From Chlamydiia bacterium (GTDB lineage Bacteria > Chlamydiota > Chlamydiia > Chlamydiales > JAAKFQ01): 64,000 nucleotides of DNA. The notes beneath the pieces were generated by a model that worked only from the letters and a program-made list of their open reading frames with translations, had not been told where the DNA came from and ran no database searches. A program made the translations under genes and the position numbers. Each line of letters begins with the position of its first letter. Within the stretch, counting starts at the first letter, position 1. The stretch is taken from NCBI GenBank assembly GCA_041688145.1, contig JBDNIV010000017.1:35682-99681 (forward strand), written 5' to 3'. This document shows, piece by piece, positions 28,101-38,657 of the stretch.

Positions 28101-30029
28101 ATGCGCCGATCGATAGCTGTAAGTGAGCCTGCCATAGCCTATGCAGGACAAAAAAGAACCTGGAAATTTATCTATACAACAGCCACTGCCCTACCTAAGG
28201 GAACAAAGCTAAAGTTTGATCTGCTTAGTGAAGGGCGCCCTACAGACTGGGAATTGCCTGAAACCGATAGCAAAAAGAAAAAAAATGTAATCTACATGGT
28301 TACAGAAGAAGGGGCTAAAGCTTTTGCTAAAGCTGTTATTCCCAAAAATACTCCTGTGCCTCAGTTTGAGTTTGAGCTTCCTGAAGATCTAGAAGCAGAA
28401 GATAGCTTTACTATTTTTATCGGCAAGGGTCCTTCTTCTTCCGTAGAAGACAACTCAGCAGGTAATACGTGCCAATGCCATTTGCAAAGAAGGCGCTCTT
28501 TTTACCTCTATATCGACACAAAGGGAAAAGGCAACTACGGTGATCCTGAAATCTTTACCATCGACGTTAAAGGGGCAGAGCTTTCTCACATACGCGCAAT
28601 TACCCCTTCTTTTGTAGTAAAAAACAAGCGCTTTGATGTTGTGCTCCGCTTTGAAGATGAGTTTGGAAACTTTACTAGCAATACTGAAGAAGGCACACTT
28701 ATCGATCTCAGTTACAATCAGCTACGTGAAAACTTAAGTTGGAAGCTGTTTATTCCTGAGACGGGCTATTTAGCTATCCCCAACCTCTATTTTAATGAGC
28801 CTGGTGTCTACAGGCTTAAGCTTCACAACACTCGTACAGGGGATATTTTCTACTCTGCGCCTATTAAATGCTTTTCTGAAGAGGCGCCAAGCCTTTTTTG
28901 GGGTCAGTTACATGGAGAAAACGAAAAATACGACACAATGGAAGACATTGAACCGTGCCTTAGATCGTTGCGTGATGAAGAGGCTATGAACTTCTTTGCC
29001 ACTTCTAATCCAGAACCTACTGAAGAGACTTCAAATGATGTCTGGAAACAAGTCGTAAATAACGTTGCCCAATTCAATGAAGAAGACCGCTTTGTGAGCA
29101 TGCTTGGCTTCCAATGGCAAGGGGAAGACAATGAAGAGGGCCTTCGACAATTTATTTATGCAAAAGACTCAAAACCTCTTTTGAGGAAAAAAGAGTCTAA
29201 AAATAGCGCTTTAAAAAAGATCTATCGCACCCATACACCTAAAGAGCTGCTAGCTATTCCCTGTTTTACAGGATCGAGCTTAGCTCCTTTTGATTTTAAG
29301 GATTTTAATCCTGAATTTGAACGTGTTGTAGAAATCTATAACGCTTGGGGCTCTTCTGAATGCACTGCAAAACAGGGCAATCCTTTTCCCATCAATTCTA
29401 AAAAGAAAAAAGGCGCAACTGCCTTTGATAAGGGAACGATTCGTCACGCTCTGAACCAAGGCCACCGCTTTGGATTTACAGCAGGAGGCCTTGACGATCG
29501 CTTCACCTATGAAAACCTTATAGATGAGGGGCAAAAGCAGTACTCACCTGGGATTACAGGGATTATGGCACCACAATTTAGCCGCGATGCTCTTTTTGAG
29601 GCGCTTTACCAAAGGCGAACTTTCGCAACAACTGGACCTAGGATGCTGCTCGGCCTAAACTTAGCAAACGCCCCTATTGGATCTGAGCTTTCTACTTTGC
29701 AAAAGCCAGGCCTTATTGTTAACCGCCATATCAGCGGCTTTGCAGTTGGCACAGAAGACTTAGAAAAGATTGAGATTATAAGAAATGGTGAAGTCCTAAG
29801 TACATTTAAGCCAGACTCCTCTGAGTTTTCTTTTACCTACGATGACATGGACCCTCTTGGAGATGTGGTTTTGCCTCCTGGCAGTAATGAAACTCCCTTT
29901 GTCTATTACTATTTAAGAGTCTTCCAAAAAGATGGCCACATTGCCTGGAGCTCACCCATTTGGATCGATTTTATTGCCAATGAAAGTGCTTCTCTCTTGA
30001 TGAAATCAAGGAAAAAAGGACGTAAGTAA
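28101..30029 (+). CDS. DUF3604/PHP-like conserved chlamydial protein (CT425-like)
   Basis: WGQLHGE, VVEIYNAWGSSE, FATTGPR and YYYLRV.Q.DG..AWSSPIW motifs. Confidence 0.85.
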   Translation: MRRSIAVSEPAIAYAGQKRTWKFIYTTATALPKGTKLKFDLLSEGRPTDWELPETDSKKKKNVIYMVTEEGAKAFAKAVIPKNTPVPQFEFELPEDLEAEDSFTIFIGKGPSSSVEDNSAGNTCQCHLQRRRSFYLYIDTKGKGNYGDPEIFTIDVKGAELSHIRAITPSFVVKNKRFDVVLRFEDEFGNFTSNTEEGTLIDLSYNQLRENLSWKLFIPETGYLAIPNLYFNEPGVYRLKLHNTRTGDIFYSAPIKCFSEEAPSLFWGQLHGENEKYDTMEDIEPCLRSLRDEEAMNFFATSNPEPTEETSNDVWKQVVNNVAQFNEEDRFVSMLGFQWQGEDNEEGLRQFIYAKDSKPLLRKKESKNSALKKIYRTHTPKELLAIPCFTGSSLAPFDFKDFNPEFERVVEIYNAWGSSECTAKQGNPFPINSKKKKGATAFDKGTIRHALNQGHRFGFTAGGLDDRFTYENLIDEGQKQYSPGITGIMAPQFSRDALFEALYQRRTFATTGPRMLLGLNLANAPIGSELSTLQKPGLIVNRHISGFAVGTEDLEKIEIIRNGEVLSTFKPDSSEFSFTYDDMDPLGDVVLPPGSNETPFVYYYLRVFQKDGHIAWSSPIWIDFIANESASLLMKSRKKGRK

Positions 30030-30032
30030 GCC

Positions 30033-30212
30033 ATGAGCTTTATTGCCACCTTGCTTCTTACTGTGGGCGCTTTACTCTTATGTACACTTGGCCTTGGCAT
30101 TAGTTATGTTATTCAGGGAAAAAGCCGCCTCTCTTGCAGACGGTGCGGCTTTGACCCTACAAAAGCTAAGCAAAGCTGTAAATTGTGCGGTAAAGCTCCT
30201 AAAGCCCCTTAA
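30033..30212 (+). CDS. 59-aa single-TM protein with CxxC...CxxC
   Basis: Not in ORF track. Reads MSFIATLLLTVGALLLCTLGLGISYVIQGKSRLSCRRCGFDPTKAKQSCKLCGKAPKAP* and starts 3 nt after the DUF3604 stop. Confidence 0.75.
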   Translation: MSFIATLLLTVGALLLCTLGLGISYVIQGKSRLSCRRCGFDPTKAKQSCKLCGKAPKAP

Positions 30213-30238
30213 AGCTTTTTTAAAATGAGGTAATCTAC

Positions 30239-30943
30239 TTGAGTCTATACACAAAAGACAAACCCCAAACTATCGCCTCCTTATTTGACCACATTGCCCC
30301 TCACTACGATAAAGGCAATGCATGGCTCTCATGTAACCTTTTCCGTCTATGGAATCGCGCTCTTGTCCAAAAGCTAAGTAGAAAAAATCCCACAACTTTT
30401 GTTGATCTTTGTGGAGGTACAGGTGCTATTACCGAAGCACTTATGAAAAAAACACCCCTAAAAAAAGCGCTTATCGTAGATTTTTCTAAAGGCATGTTAG
30501 ATGTAGCTGAAAAGCGCCTGAAAGGTTTTCCTATTCAGTGCATCACAGCTGATATAGAAAACCTTCCTTTAGAAGAAAATATCTGCGACTGCGCTGCCGT
30601 CGCCTATGGGATTCGTAATGTAAACGATCGGGTAGCTGCTTTGAAAGAGGCTAAGCGCATCTTGATACCGGGAGGCACCTTTGCTATTTTAGAGCTTTCT
30701 ACACCTAAAAATTTCATCTTAAAACATATGCATGCTCTTTATCTTAACAAGCTTGTCCCCTGGATCGGAAAAAGGGTTGCTAAAGACAAAAAAGCATATG
30801 AGTACTTGAGTCAAAGTATCCAAGGCTTTATCTGCGCAAAACAGCTTGAAAAAGAGGTCTTAGATGCAGGCTTTATCTGTGTCGAAACAAAACCCTTGTT
30901 GTTTGGTTCAGCTGTTTTAATCACAGCTACAAAGCCGTTGTAG
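30239..30943 (+). CDS. ubiE: ubiquinone/menaquinone biosynthesis methyltransferase
   Basis: FDHIAPHYD..N, DLCGGTG, AYGIRNV and AYEYLSQSI motifs. Confidence 0.92.
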   Translation: MSLYTKDKPQTIASLFDHIAPHYDKGNAWLSCNLFRLWNRALVQKLSRKNPTTFVDLCGGTGAITEALMKKTPLKKALIVDFSKGMLDVAEKRLKGFPIQCITADIENLPLEENICDCAAVAYGIRNVNDRVAALKEAKRILIPGGTFAILELSTPKNFILKHMHALYLNKLVPWIGKRVAKDKKAYEYLSQSIQGFICAKQLEKEVLDAGFICVETKPLLFGSAVLITATKPL

Positions 30944-30944
30944 C

Positions 30945-31607
30945 CTAGACTTTGAGTCCTCTTATCAGAAGGCCTTGATCAAAACTTTTCAGATGGTCTT
31001 GTGAATATTTTAAAAGCATCTTTTCAAAATGTATACTCTTAGCTTTTACCTGAGCTAAGCTAACTTTTTCTGAGCTACACATCTGTTCAATTTTCTGGAC
31101 CTCATGTAAAAGGCTTTCTATTAAGACTATCTTTTCTTTTTGCTTTTGCACATTTTTTTTAGTCTTTATAACATTATCAGAGTCATTATGATATTTTATG
31201 TCTATCTGGCTAATCTCTTTTTTTATAGTAGCCTGTCTTGCTTGTAGATGCTTAGGTACAGCTCTTGGAAATTTTTTTCGCTCACCATCTAAAGCGTGAC
31301 GCTTTTTTAAAAGATTCTGAAGATTTTCTAGCAGCTTTTCTTTATGAGTAAGCATTTCCTTAATATCTTTTTCACAAAAGATTTTTTCTGCGCTTAGCCC
31401 TAAAGTCATTTTAATTGCATAGTCTTCAAACTTAGAAAGGTCTGTTTTCTCTACGTATACGGTCTCGCTTAGATAATCTTGCTCTATGCCTGTGTACTCA
31501 TTATATATGATCGGCTCATCATCGTGGGCCTTTACGTCTTCTTCTTTGGTGAAAAGATAGTGCGCAGCAGCATGCAACCATGAAGAAACACCTTCTAAAG
31601 AACCCAT
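30945..31607 (-). CDS. hypothetical coiled-coil protein
   Basis: AGGAGG RBS; Lys/Glu-rich heptads. Confidence 0.7.
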   Translation of the reverse strand: MGSLEGVSSWLHAAAHYLFTKEEDVKAHDDEPIIYNEYTGIEQDYLSETVYVEKTDLSKFEDYAIKMTLGLSAEKIFCEKDIKEMLTHKEKLLENLQNLLKKRHALDGERKKFPRAVPKHLQARQATIKKEISQIDIKYHNDSDNVIKTKKNVQKQKEKIVLIESLLHEVQKIEQMCSSEKVSLAQVKAKSIHFEKMLLKYSQDHLKSFDQGLLIRGLKV

Positions 31608-31714
31608 AACAGACCTCCTCTCAGACTAAATTAAAAAACTAAGTTTACATAGCGCAGGAAAAAGAACCTAGCGAAAACACAGGTCCCTTACATAAGAGTG
31701 GAGAAAAGATAGAG

Positions 31715-32446
31715 CTAAACTTTAACAGGAGGCTTGAGCACATCAAACTCTTTTTTCAAGCTATCAAGCTCAGCTTTAATTGCCTTTTGCTTGCTCTGAC
31801 TCTTTTTTAAAAAAGCTAAAAGCTCTGAAGAAGATAAATCCCCTTTTTCTACAGCTTGAGCGGCTCCTTTTTTGACAGCCTGGTATTCATACAGTTTACC
31901 CTCATAGGAAAAGTAAGCTTTTAGAACTTTTTCTTCAGACTTAAGCTCTTTGCAAAGTTTGTCTAGATTCAGGCGCGCTCCTTCTAAGCGAGAAGTGACC
32001 TTTGTAAGGTCTGGACGCAAAACTCCTAGCTCTTGAAAAAGAGATCGATTTTCCACATGCCACAAGCTTGCGTTTTCATAAGCTTGCATATGCGCCTCTA
32101 GACGGATCACTTCACATTCTAGATCTGTGATCTGAAGGCAAAGCCTTTTATAAATTTCATACTCACTATGATCTAGGGGCAAACTTGTTCGGTCCTGGAC
32201 AGTAAGACTCGCCTCACTGCTAGGCCAGAAAGACAAAGAAGTCGGCCAAGATGGCATCCAGTTCCAATAACTTTTTTCCTCTTTTGCAGAGCTCAATGTA
32301 TCTACTGTAGGCCTCTTTTCATCAGCCTTAACTACGGGCAAATTTTTCTCAGCCTCTAGCTGATTTTCAAGCCCATTTAACTCAACATCTATAAAAGGCT
32401 CTAAAGGAGCTGAGGCTAATTGTGCACTAGAACTTACTTCTGTCAT
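31715..32446 (-). CDS. hypothetical coiled-coil protein
   Basis: GGAG RBS; Ser-rich N-terminus and C-terminal coiled coil. Confidence 0.7.
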   Translation of the reverse strand: MTEVSSSAQLASAPLEPFIDVELNGLENQLEAEKNLPVVKADEKRPTVDTLSSAKEEKSYWNWMPSWPTSLSFWPSSEASLTVQDRTSLPLDHSEYEIYKRLCLQITDLECEVIRLEAHMQAYENASLWHVENRSLFQELGVLRPDLTKVTSRLEGARLNLDKLCKELKSEEKVLKAYFSYEGKLYEYQAVKKGAAQAVEKGDLSSSELLAFLKKSQSKQKAIKAELDSLKKEFDVLKPPVKV

Positions 32447-32540
32447 TGTTTTACTCCAAAGATAAAGGTCAAAAAATACCCCTATAGGATAAGGTAATTG
32501 GGAATGAATAGCAACTTGAAACAGGTGTAGCTTTAGTCTT

Positions 32541-34280
32541 ATGTCTAAATTTTTAAATCACTCTTTGACAGTAAGTGTGCTTTTTTTGGCCCTAGTGGGC
32601 TGTGGGCCTAAACCTGTCTCCATGGATATGACAAAGCTCCCTGACCGCCCTAGAGGCCCTTCAAATCAAAGCTCTGATATAGCTAGCATGCATATCCGCC
32701 AGGCAACTAACCGCGGCGACATTACAAAAGCAATCCATCTATACCAAAATCGCTTCGAGCAAAAACAGATTCATGATTTTCCACTTTTAAGATCGCTTGC
32801 TACAAAAGTGATGTTAAACGGCCTTGCTTCCACTAACCCTCAAATGCAGCTTATGAGCGTTTTTGCTAGTGCCTTTGCAAAAAATGTACACTTGATACCT
32901 TTTTTACATTCTGCTCTTAGTTCTCAAGCGCCTATGGTACAGCTCGCAGCTATTCACGCTTTAGATGCTTTAGAAGATACCCGCGCAACGCAAGCTCTAT
33001 TTGATGCTATGCGCTCAAACTACCCTCTTGTGCGGTTTGAAGCTATTAGCAGACTTTCAGCAAAAAGACATCCTGAAGCCTTCGAGCAGGCCGAAAGCTT
33101 AATGTATAAACTGCCCGATGAACTCCAGCCATTTTTTTCTGACCTCTTTGCTATTATTGGAAACAAAGTAGCCCAAAGTGCATTGAAAAAGCAGATGCTT
33201 AGTCCCTCTTATATTCTAAGAGCCCGTGCTATTAACGCTGCAGCAAGACATAAACTTAGCTCTTGCCTTCCTGACATTCAAAAAGCGCTCTCTCACTCGC
33301 ACCTTCTTGAACTAGAGTCTGCCGCCCATGCTGTAGGTGTTTTTGGGGATGAGAGCGCTTTAAAGCGGCTTTGTGAGCTAAGCGAGCGCCCTGAAAGTGC
33401 CCTTTCTATGGCAGCTCTTATTTCAAGGCACCGCTTAGGTGACTTAAAAGCTAGAGCTCTTATTACAGAGCGAGCAGAAAAAGGAGATCTTTTTGCCCTA
33501 AGCATTCTCAGTGAAATGCCCAAAAGCGCCTCTCTTTTAGAAAAACTACTTAAAAACCCAAGTGCTGATGTTAGGCTGGGAAGTATGCTCTCTTTGCTTA
33601 AGCTTGGGCACGCTCAAGCTTTAGATACAGCTCTTGAGTTTCTTCTTGCTCCAGACCTTGGCTTTTCCTTAGAAGTTTCAGCATCTGGAGCCTTAGAGGC
33701 TTTTTGCGTGCGCCAGCTCCATTCTGAAACTTTAAAAAAGCGCCCTGATATTTTAAGCTCATCAAAAAGACTTGCCCACGAGATTATATTCAGCGCAGCT
33801 TCTTTAGGGACAAAAGCCTTTATCCCCTTTGCCAAAAAGCTCCTTTTTTCTCATGCTACAGACCTTGTGCCTCTAATAACGCAAGCACTTACTTTAGTTG
33901 ACAACGATGCAGCTACTCAGCTTTTGCAAGAGTGCAAAGATGCTCCTGGCATGCCTTTTTTAAGAGTGGAAGCAAATCTCACTCTGTTTTACCTCACAAA
34001 AGAAGAGTGCTACTTTAATGATATCAAAGCATGGGCCCTCAAAGAGCTGAGCGATAATACTATTAAGCTTGAGCCTGTAGAGCCAACTCTTACGCAGCGT
34101 GGGGAAGTAGCTTTTGAACTAAAAGCAGAAGAAAAAACAGAACTTTTCTTAAAAGCTCTTTTAGTTGTAGCCCAATGTGAAAGTGACAAGAGTATCCAGC
34201 TCTTTTTACAGGCCATGGAAAAAGCGCCTCCCTCTCTACAATGTGCGCTTGCAAGCCTTCTTATACAGGCCTTGCAGTAA
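32541..34280 (+). CDS. HEAT-repeat lipoprotein (CT350-like)
   Basis: Lipobox LVGC and HEAT repeats (PMVQLAAIHAL, PLVRFEAISRL, ADVRLGS); TAATG overlap with lptD. Confidence 0.8.
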   Translation: MSKFLNHSLTVSVLFLALVGCGPKPVSMDMTKLPDRPRGPSNQSSDIASMHIRQATNRGDITKAIHLYQNRFEQKQIHDFPLLRSLATKVMLNGLASTNPQMQLMSVFASAFAKNVHLIPFLHSALSSQAPMVQLAAIHALDALEDTRATQALFDAMRSNYPLVRFEAISRLSAKRHPEAFEQAESLMYKLPDELQPFFSDLFAIIGNKVAQSALKKQMLSPSYILRARAINAAARHKLSSCLPDIQKALSHSHLLELESAAHAVGVFGDESALKRLCELSERPESALSMAALISRHRLGDLKARALITERAEKGDLFALSILSEMPKSASLLEKLLKNPSADVRLGSMLSLLKLGHAQALDTALEFLLAPDLGFSLEVSASGALEAFCVRQLHSETLKKRPDILSSSKRLAHEIIFSAASLGTKAFIPFAKKLLFSHATDLVPLITQALTLVDNDAATQLLQECKDAPGMPFLRVEANLTLFYLTKEECYFNDIKAWALKELSDNTIKLEPVEPTLTQRGEVAFELKAEEKTELFLKALLVVAQCESDKSIQLFLQAMEKAPPSLQCALASLLIQALQ

Positions 34281-36372
34281 TGAAATCTCTTAGAATACTT
34301 GCTCTTTTAGCCCCTCTCATCGCTTTTACCACTCCCCCTACTCGCCTGGATTTTAAAGATGCCCATATTACAGAAGATTACATTGAAACGAATGAAGGAG
34401 GCCTTTTAGAAAACCTCGATTTTTGGGTACAGGGAAAATATATCCGCTACTTTAGAAGTGCTGGCAAAAGCCTTGTTCATGCCGCGGGTCAATTGCGCAT
34501 TGAGTACCAAGGCATGCTTTTTATTGGAGATAGAATAGAATATGATCTAAAAAGCCGCTCAGGTGTCTTATACGAAGGAAAGACACAAAGTGGCTCTTTT
34601 TATATTTCAGGCAAAAAGATTATTTTCAGCCAAATGGACAGTGCCGGATTGAAGGTGCAGTGCTCACCACCTGTGAAAATAAAGACCCTTCTTGGCACTT
34701 AAAAGCAAAAAGCATGACGATTGCTCCAGATAATCTTATGCGCGCCAAAGACCTTACCTTTAAAATTGTTAAAATGCCTGTCATGTGGCTACCCCGCATG
34801 CGGGCTAATCTCGATACGCTTCCTAAAAGCCCCTTTGATTTTCAAGCTGCCTGGAAAAGTGAAGCTGGACCGAGGCTCACATTAAAATACCAAATCTACT
34901 CTTGGAAACATGCACGTATTGACACACGTTTTGACTACCGCTTTAAAAGAGGGCCTGGATTTGGACTTGAGAGCTTCTATGACAAAGAAGAGACACTTGT
35001 TAAAACCAGAAGTTACATCACCCGTGATCGTACCATCTTAAACCGTAAAAACAAGGCCCGTTACCGCGTAGAAGGCCTCATGAAACACCCTTCAAAAGAC
35101 GACAAAGTCTTTATCTCTTTATCTTATGATAAGCTCAGCGATCCTCAGATGGCCTACGACTATCCCCGAGACACCTTTGCTTTGCCCTTGCCTAAGCCTA
35201 CGCGCCTTTTCGTATCTGCAAGAGGAGCAGGCCCCCTTTTTTTTAGTATTGAAGATCACGTGAAAATTAACTTCTTTGAAACGATGAAAGAGTCACTTCC
35301 AACGGTCCGCTTTATGGCAGCGCCGATGATGCTTTCGCGCTTTGGTATTATGACAACACTTCCTCTAGAACTCTCTTACCTAGATTACCGCTTTGCTAGA
35401 CAATGGCACTCTGAGCTAAATGACTTTGGCTCTATGCGCTTTTTAGCCAGGCCAAAGCTCATTTGCACACTGCCAACACTCCCATTAAAAAGCAGCTTTG
35501 CCTTAGAGCCTATTTACCTTTTTTACGGAAGCACTGTTGCTGGACGCAGCCAATCTTTTTACCTTTTGCGCTCAAGCGCTAACGTGAGCTTTCCTCTCCT
35601 AAAAGCAATCCGCAAGCACAGCCACCTTATCGCTCCTTTTGCCTCAGTTGAGCACTACACAAAACCGAGTCACTCTCTTGATGAACACCTAATATTTGAT
35701 ACTGAAGATGCTTACTTAAAGCTCACAAAAGCAAAAATAGGTCTTTCAAATCGTTTTGTAAATATCGGCAAACCTGGCGTCCGCATGCTAAGCCTTGATC
35801 TTTATCTCTTAGGCTTATGGCATACACAAACATGGCAAAACACCTGGCCTAAAATCGCCTTGGATCTCGACTGGCAAAAGCCTTACTTGAATGCCCATTC
35901 CCACGCTCTTTGGAACCGAGAAAAAAAAGAAATTGAAGCTTTTAATATTGGCTGTGAATGGACCTTTTCTCAGGATGTAGCGCTGAGCACTGAATTTCGA
36001 CACCGCTCAAAATACTCTTTTAGAAAAGCAGATGCAAGCCGCTTTTTTGTTGAAGCATATAAAACCCTTGATGAGCTTCTAGCTTCACCTTTAAGTGATG
36101 CGAGAAATACAGTCCTTTTTGATCTTTCCTGCAGGCTTTCACCTACATGGCGCCTCCATCTAGAGTCGCGCCACGGCTGGCACAGAACAGGAGAAAAGTC
36201 TTTTAATGACTTCCGTATTGAAGTAGGGAAGCTCTTATCCTGCAACCTCAATATCGCGGTCTACGTTCAGCGTACAGAAGCCAACACCTTTAAAGGGGGC
36301 CTGAAGCTCTCTGTAAACAAAAAGCCTCACCAGCCCCGATTAAAGGTAAAGAGCCTAAGGCCTAAGTGGTAA
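34280..36372 (+). CDS. lptD: LPS-assembly protein LptD/OstA-like, apparent 1-nt frameshift at T4 34623-34626
   Basis: N-terminal OstA-like jellyroll (GDRIEYDLKSRSG), then LTTCENKDPSWHLKA and a beta-barrel. One extra T joins the ORFs as IIFQPNGQCRIEGAVLTTC. Confidence 0.8.
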
Positions 36373-36381
36373 ATACTTAGC

Positions 36382-36939
36382 CTAATTCTGCCCCAGCTTG
36401 TTTCCTTGTAAGGATGTATTCATATGCAACATCCCTAAAGCTACAAGCTGAAAAGCAGCAATAGATAAGCCCTTCTCACCCATGACTGTCACCCAGCTTT
36501 TAGAACGCAATAGAGCAACCCCCATAGAGCCTACTCCAGCAGCAAGTGTTAAATAAGCTGCGCCTTCAAGACCTCTTTTCAAGTACTTACGTGTGTCATC
36601 AGATAGTAAAGGTGCTTTAGCAGATGATTCTACAGCAGTACCTTGAAGCTTCTGTGTAATATCTGTACATTTTGCAGATATCCACGCACTACCCGGAACA
36701 TTCTCCCACATGCGCTGCATATTAGCTTTTGAAAGAGGACGATTATCTAGACTAGGAAAAAGAATAAGGCTCGCAAGCCCTGTAGCTAGAACAGCCTCTA
36801 TTGGGTGTGATCCTGTTAATGCAACAGGTAAAAGGCGCGTGCCTAAACGAAGCGCACCAGCAGTCGCAGCTACTGCAACTGTTTGGCCTATGTGCTTCCA
36901 TTCAAGACCTGGGATACAAAAATTAACTGCTGCTGACAT
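36382..36939 (-). CDS. hypothetical membrane protein
   Basis: Two hydrophobic hairpins; GAGG RBS. Confidence 0.65.
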   Translation of the reverse strand: MSAAVNFCIPGLEWKHIGQTVAVAATAGALRLGTRLLPVALTGSHPIEAVLATGLASLILFPSLDNRPLSKANMQRMWENVPGSAWISAKCTDITQKLQGTAVESSAKAPLLSDDTRKYLKRGLEGAAYLTLAAGVGSMGVALLRSKSWVTVMGEKGLSIAAFQLVALGMLHMNTSLQGNKLGQN

Positions 36940-36995
36940 AAAAAACCTCTTTAGTAAATATTTTCACCCATTTTACTAAAATAGATTAAAAAAAA

Positions 36996-37550
36996 CTACT
37001 TAGATTGTTTTTTATATTCTTTTTTAAGCCTTTTTAAATCAGGCTCAAATATTTTTTTGTCAGCATGAGTCATGCGGTCGATGTTGAGCACCCCATTGAG
37101 GTGGTCATTTTCATGCATAAGGATACGCGCATTAAAGCCTTCTATCCTCTCTTCAAAGGTATTACCCTCTAGATCCATAGCTTTAATGGTTATGGCATAG
37201 GGGCGCTCTACAGTCGCCATAAAGTCTGGAATAGAGAGGCAACCCTCACTTAAGATTTCTGTATCTTCGGAAGGACTAGAAAGCTCGGGATTAATGAAGA
37301 TACGAGGCTCTTCCATCTGAACTGTGCCCTCTTCATCACGTAAAAATTCACCTTGCTTATCACATTTGACAAAGACTGCCGCAAACATCCGAACTGCCTC
37401 AAAAATCTGAGGGGCAGCTAAGCCTGCATTACCTTTAGCCATACGGATAAGATCGGCTGCAAGCTCTTTGATTTCTGGGGTGATTTTTTCTACTTTAGCA
37501 CATCTTTCGCGTAAGACACGCTCCCCATAAAGGGCGATTTCTCGCTTCAT
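36996..37550 (-). CDS. def: peptide deformylase
   Basis: GLAAPQI, EGCLSIP and HENDHLNG motifs. Confidence 0.96.
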   Translation of the reverse strand: MKREIALYGERVLRERCAKVEKITPEIKELAADLIRMAKGNAGLAAPQIFEAVRMFAAVFVKCDKQGEFLRDEEGTVQMEEPRIFINPELSSPSEDTEILSEGCLSIPDFMATVERPYAITIKAMDLEGNTFEERIEGFNARILMHENDHLNGVLNIDRMTHADKKIFEPDLKRLKKEYKKQSK

Positions 37551-37840
37551 TGCACCTCTTGCACAGCTTCTGTTTTAGGCTTAGGCGTAGACTTTTTAGC
37601 GATAGAAGTCGTCCAAAAAGAAAGCACAATGCATAGAATCATAAAGATCGCAAACATCCAGGCAGTAACTTTTTTGAGAACTTCAGCTGTGGAGACTCCA
37701 AAAAGAGAGTCTTGCGTATCGCCTCCAAAAGCAGAGCCGAGTCCGAGACTTTTACCCTCTTGCATCATAATAATGCCGCACAAAAGCAGGCTTAAAAAAA
37801 GAAAAAGGCTAATAACAGTGTAATAAAGAATCATGAACAT
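37547..37840 (-). CDS. secG: preprotein translocase subunit SecG
   Basis: Two TMs flanking QEGKSLGLGSAFGG; follows tpiA. Confidence 0.92.
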   Translation of the reverse strand: MFMILYYTVISLFLFLSLLLCGIIMMQEGKSLGLGSAFGGDTQDSLFGVSTAEVLKKVTAWMFAIFMILCIVLSFWTTSIAKKSTPKPKTEAVQEVQ

Positions 37841-38574
37841 ACTCCTTCGGTCAGTTGAATAAAGCTGTCAGCGTCTAGTGAAGCGCCGCCGACTAAAGCT
37901 CCATGAATGTTAGGTTGAGCTGTTAGCTCAGAAATATTACTTGGCTTAACAGAGCCTCCGTAAAGAATAGGCCTTGGAGTTTTTAAAAGGCTAGCTATAT
38001 GCGCGTGAACTTTTTCTGCGTCTTCAGCAGTAGCCGTTTTCCCTGTACCAATCGCCCATACAGGCTCATAAGCAATCAAAAACTCTTTATCTTCAATACC
38101 AGAGGTAGCTATTTTGAGCTGGCGCTCTACGACTTCTAAAGCCTTGCCTGACTCGCGCTCTTCTAATGTCTCTCCAATGCAAATTACAGGCAGAAGCCCT
38201 GCTTGAATAGCAGCAAATGCTTTTTTAGCAACTATATCATCTGTCTCATGAAAAAGAGTCCTTCTTTCTGAGTGGCCAACAAGCACAAAGCTTGCGCACT
38301 CTTTGACTATAGTAGGAGAAAGCTCACCAGTAAATGCACCCTTAGACTCAAAATGCATATTTTGAGCTCCGAGCTGCACGGGCAGTTTTTTGCCATGAAA
38401 AGCGCCTAGAACGCACGCAGATGGAGCAATACCTACCTCTATTTTATCAGACAATTTCCCAGAAACTTTTTCAAAAAAGCGGCTTGCTTCTTCAATAGTG
38501 TGGTACATCTTCCAATTTCCAATGACCCACGATTTAACCGATCCCATACTTTTCGCCATATTTTTTTTGACCAT
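37831..38574 (-). CDS. tpiA: triosephosphate isomerase
   Basis: GNWKM, GHSERR, AYEPVWAIGTG, YGGSV and LVGGASL motifs. Confidence 0.97.
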   Translation of the reverse strand: MVKKNMAKSMGSVKSWVIGNWKMYHTIEEASRFFEKVSGKLSDKIEVGIAPSACVLGAFHGKKLPVQLGAQNMHFESKGAFTGELSPTIVKECASFVLVGHSERRTLFHETDDIVAKKAFAAIQAGLLPVICIGETLEERESGKALEVVERQLKIATSGIEDKEFLIAYEPVWAIGTGKTATAEDAEKVHAHIASLLKTPRPILYGGSVKPSNISELTAQPNIHGALVGGASLDADSFIQLTEGVCS

Positions 38575-38657
38575 GAATTAACAGGAGTATACCATTTTGT
38601 ATGTAGGGCTTCAAGGCCTCTTATTTGAAATAAATAATTCTAATCCTCTTTGCTTCT

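Noticed and set aside
30043..30228. 61-aa ORF from the track
   Set aside because: Alternative frame of the better-supported 59-aa Cys-rich gene at 30033..30212.
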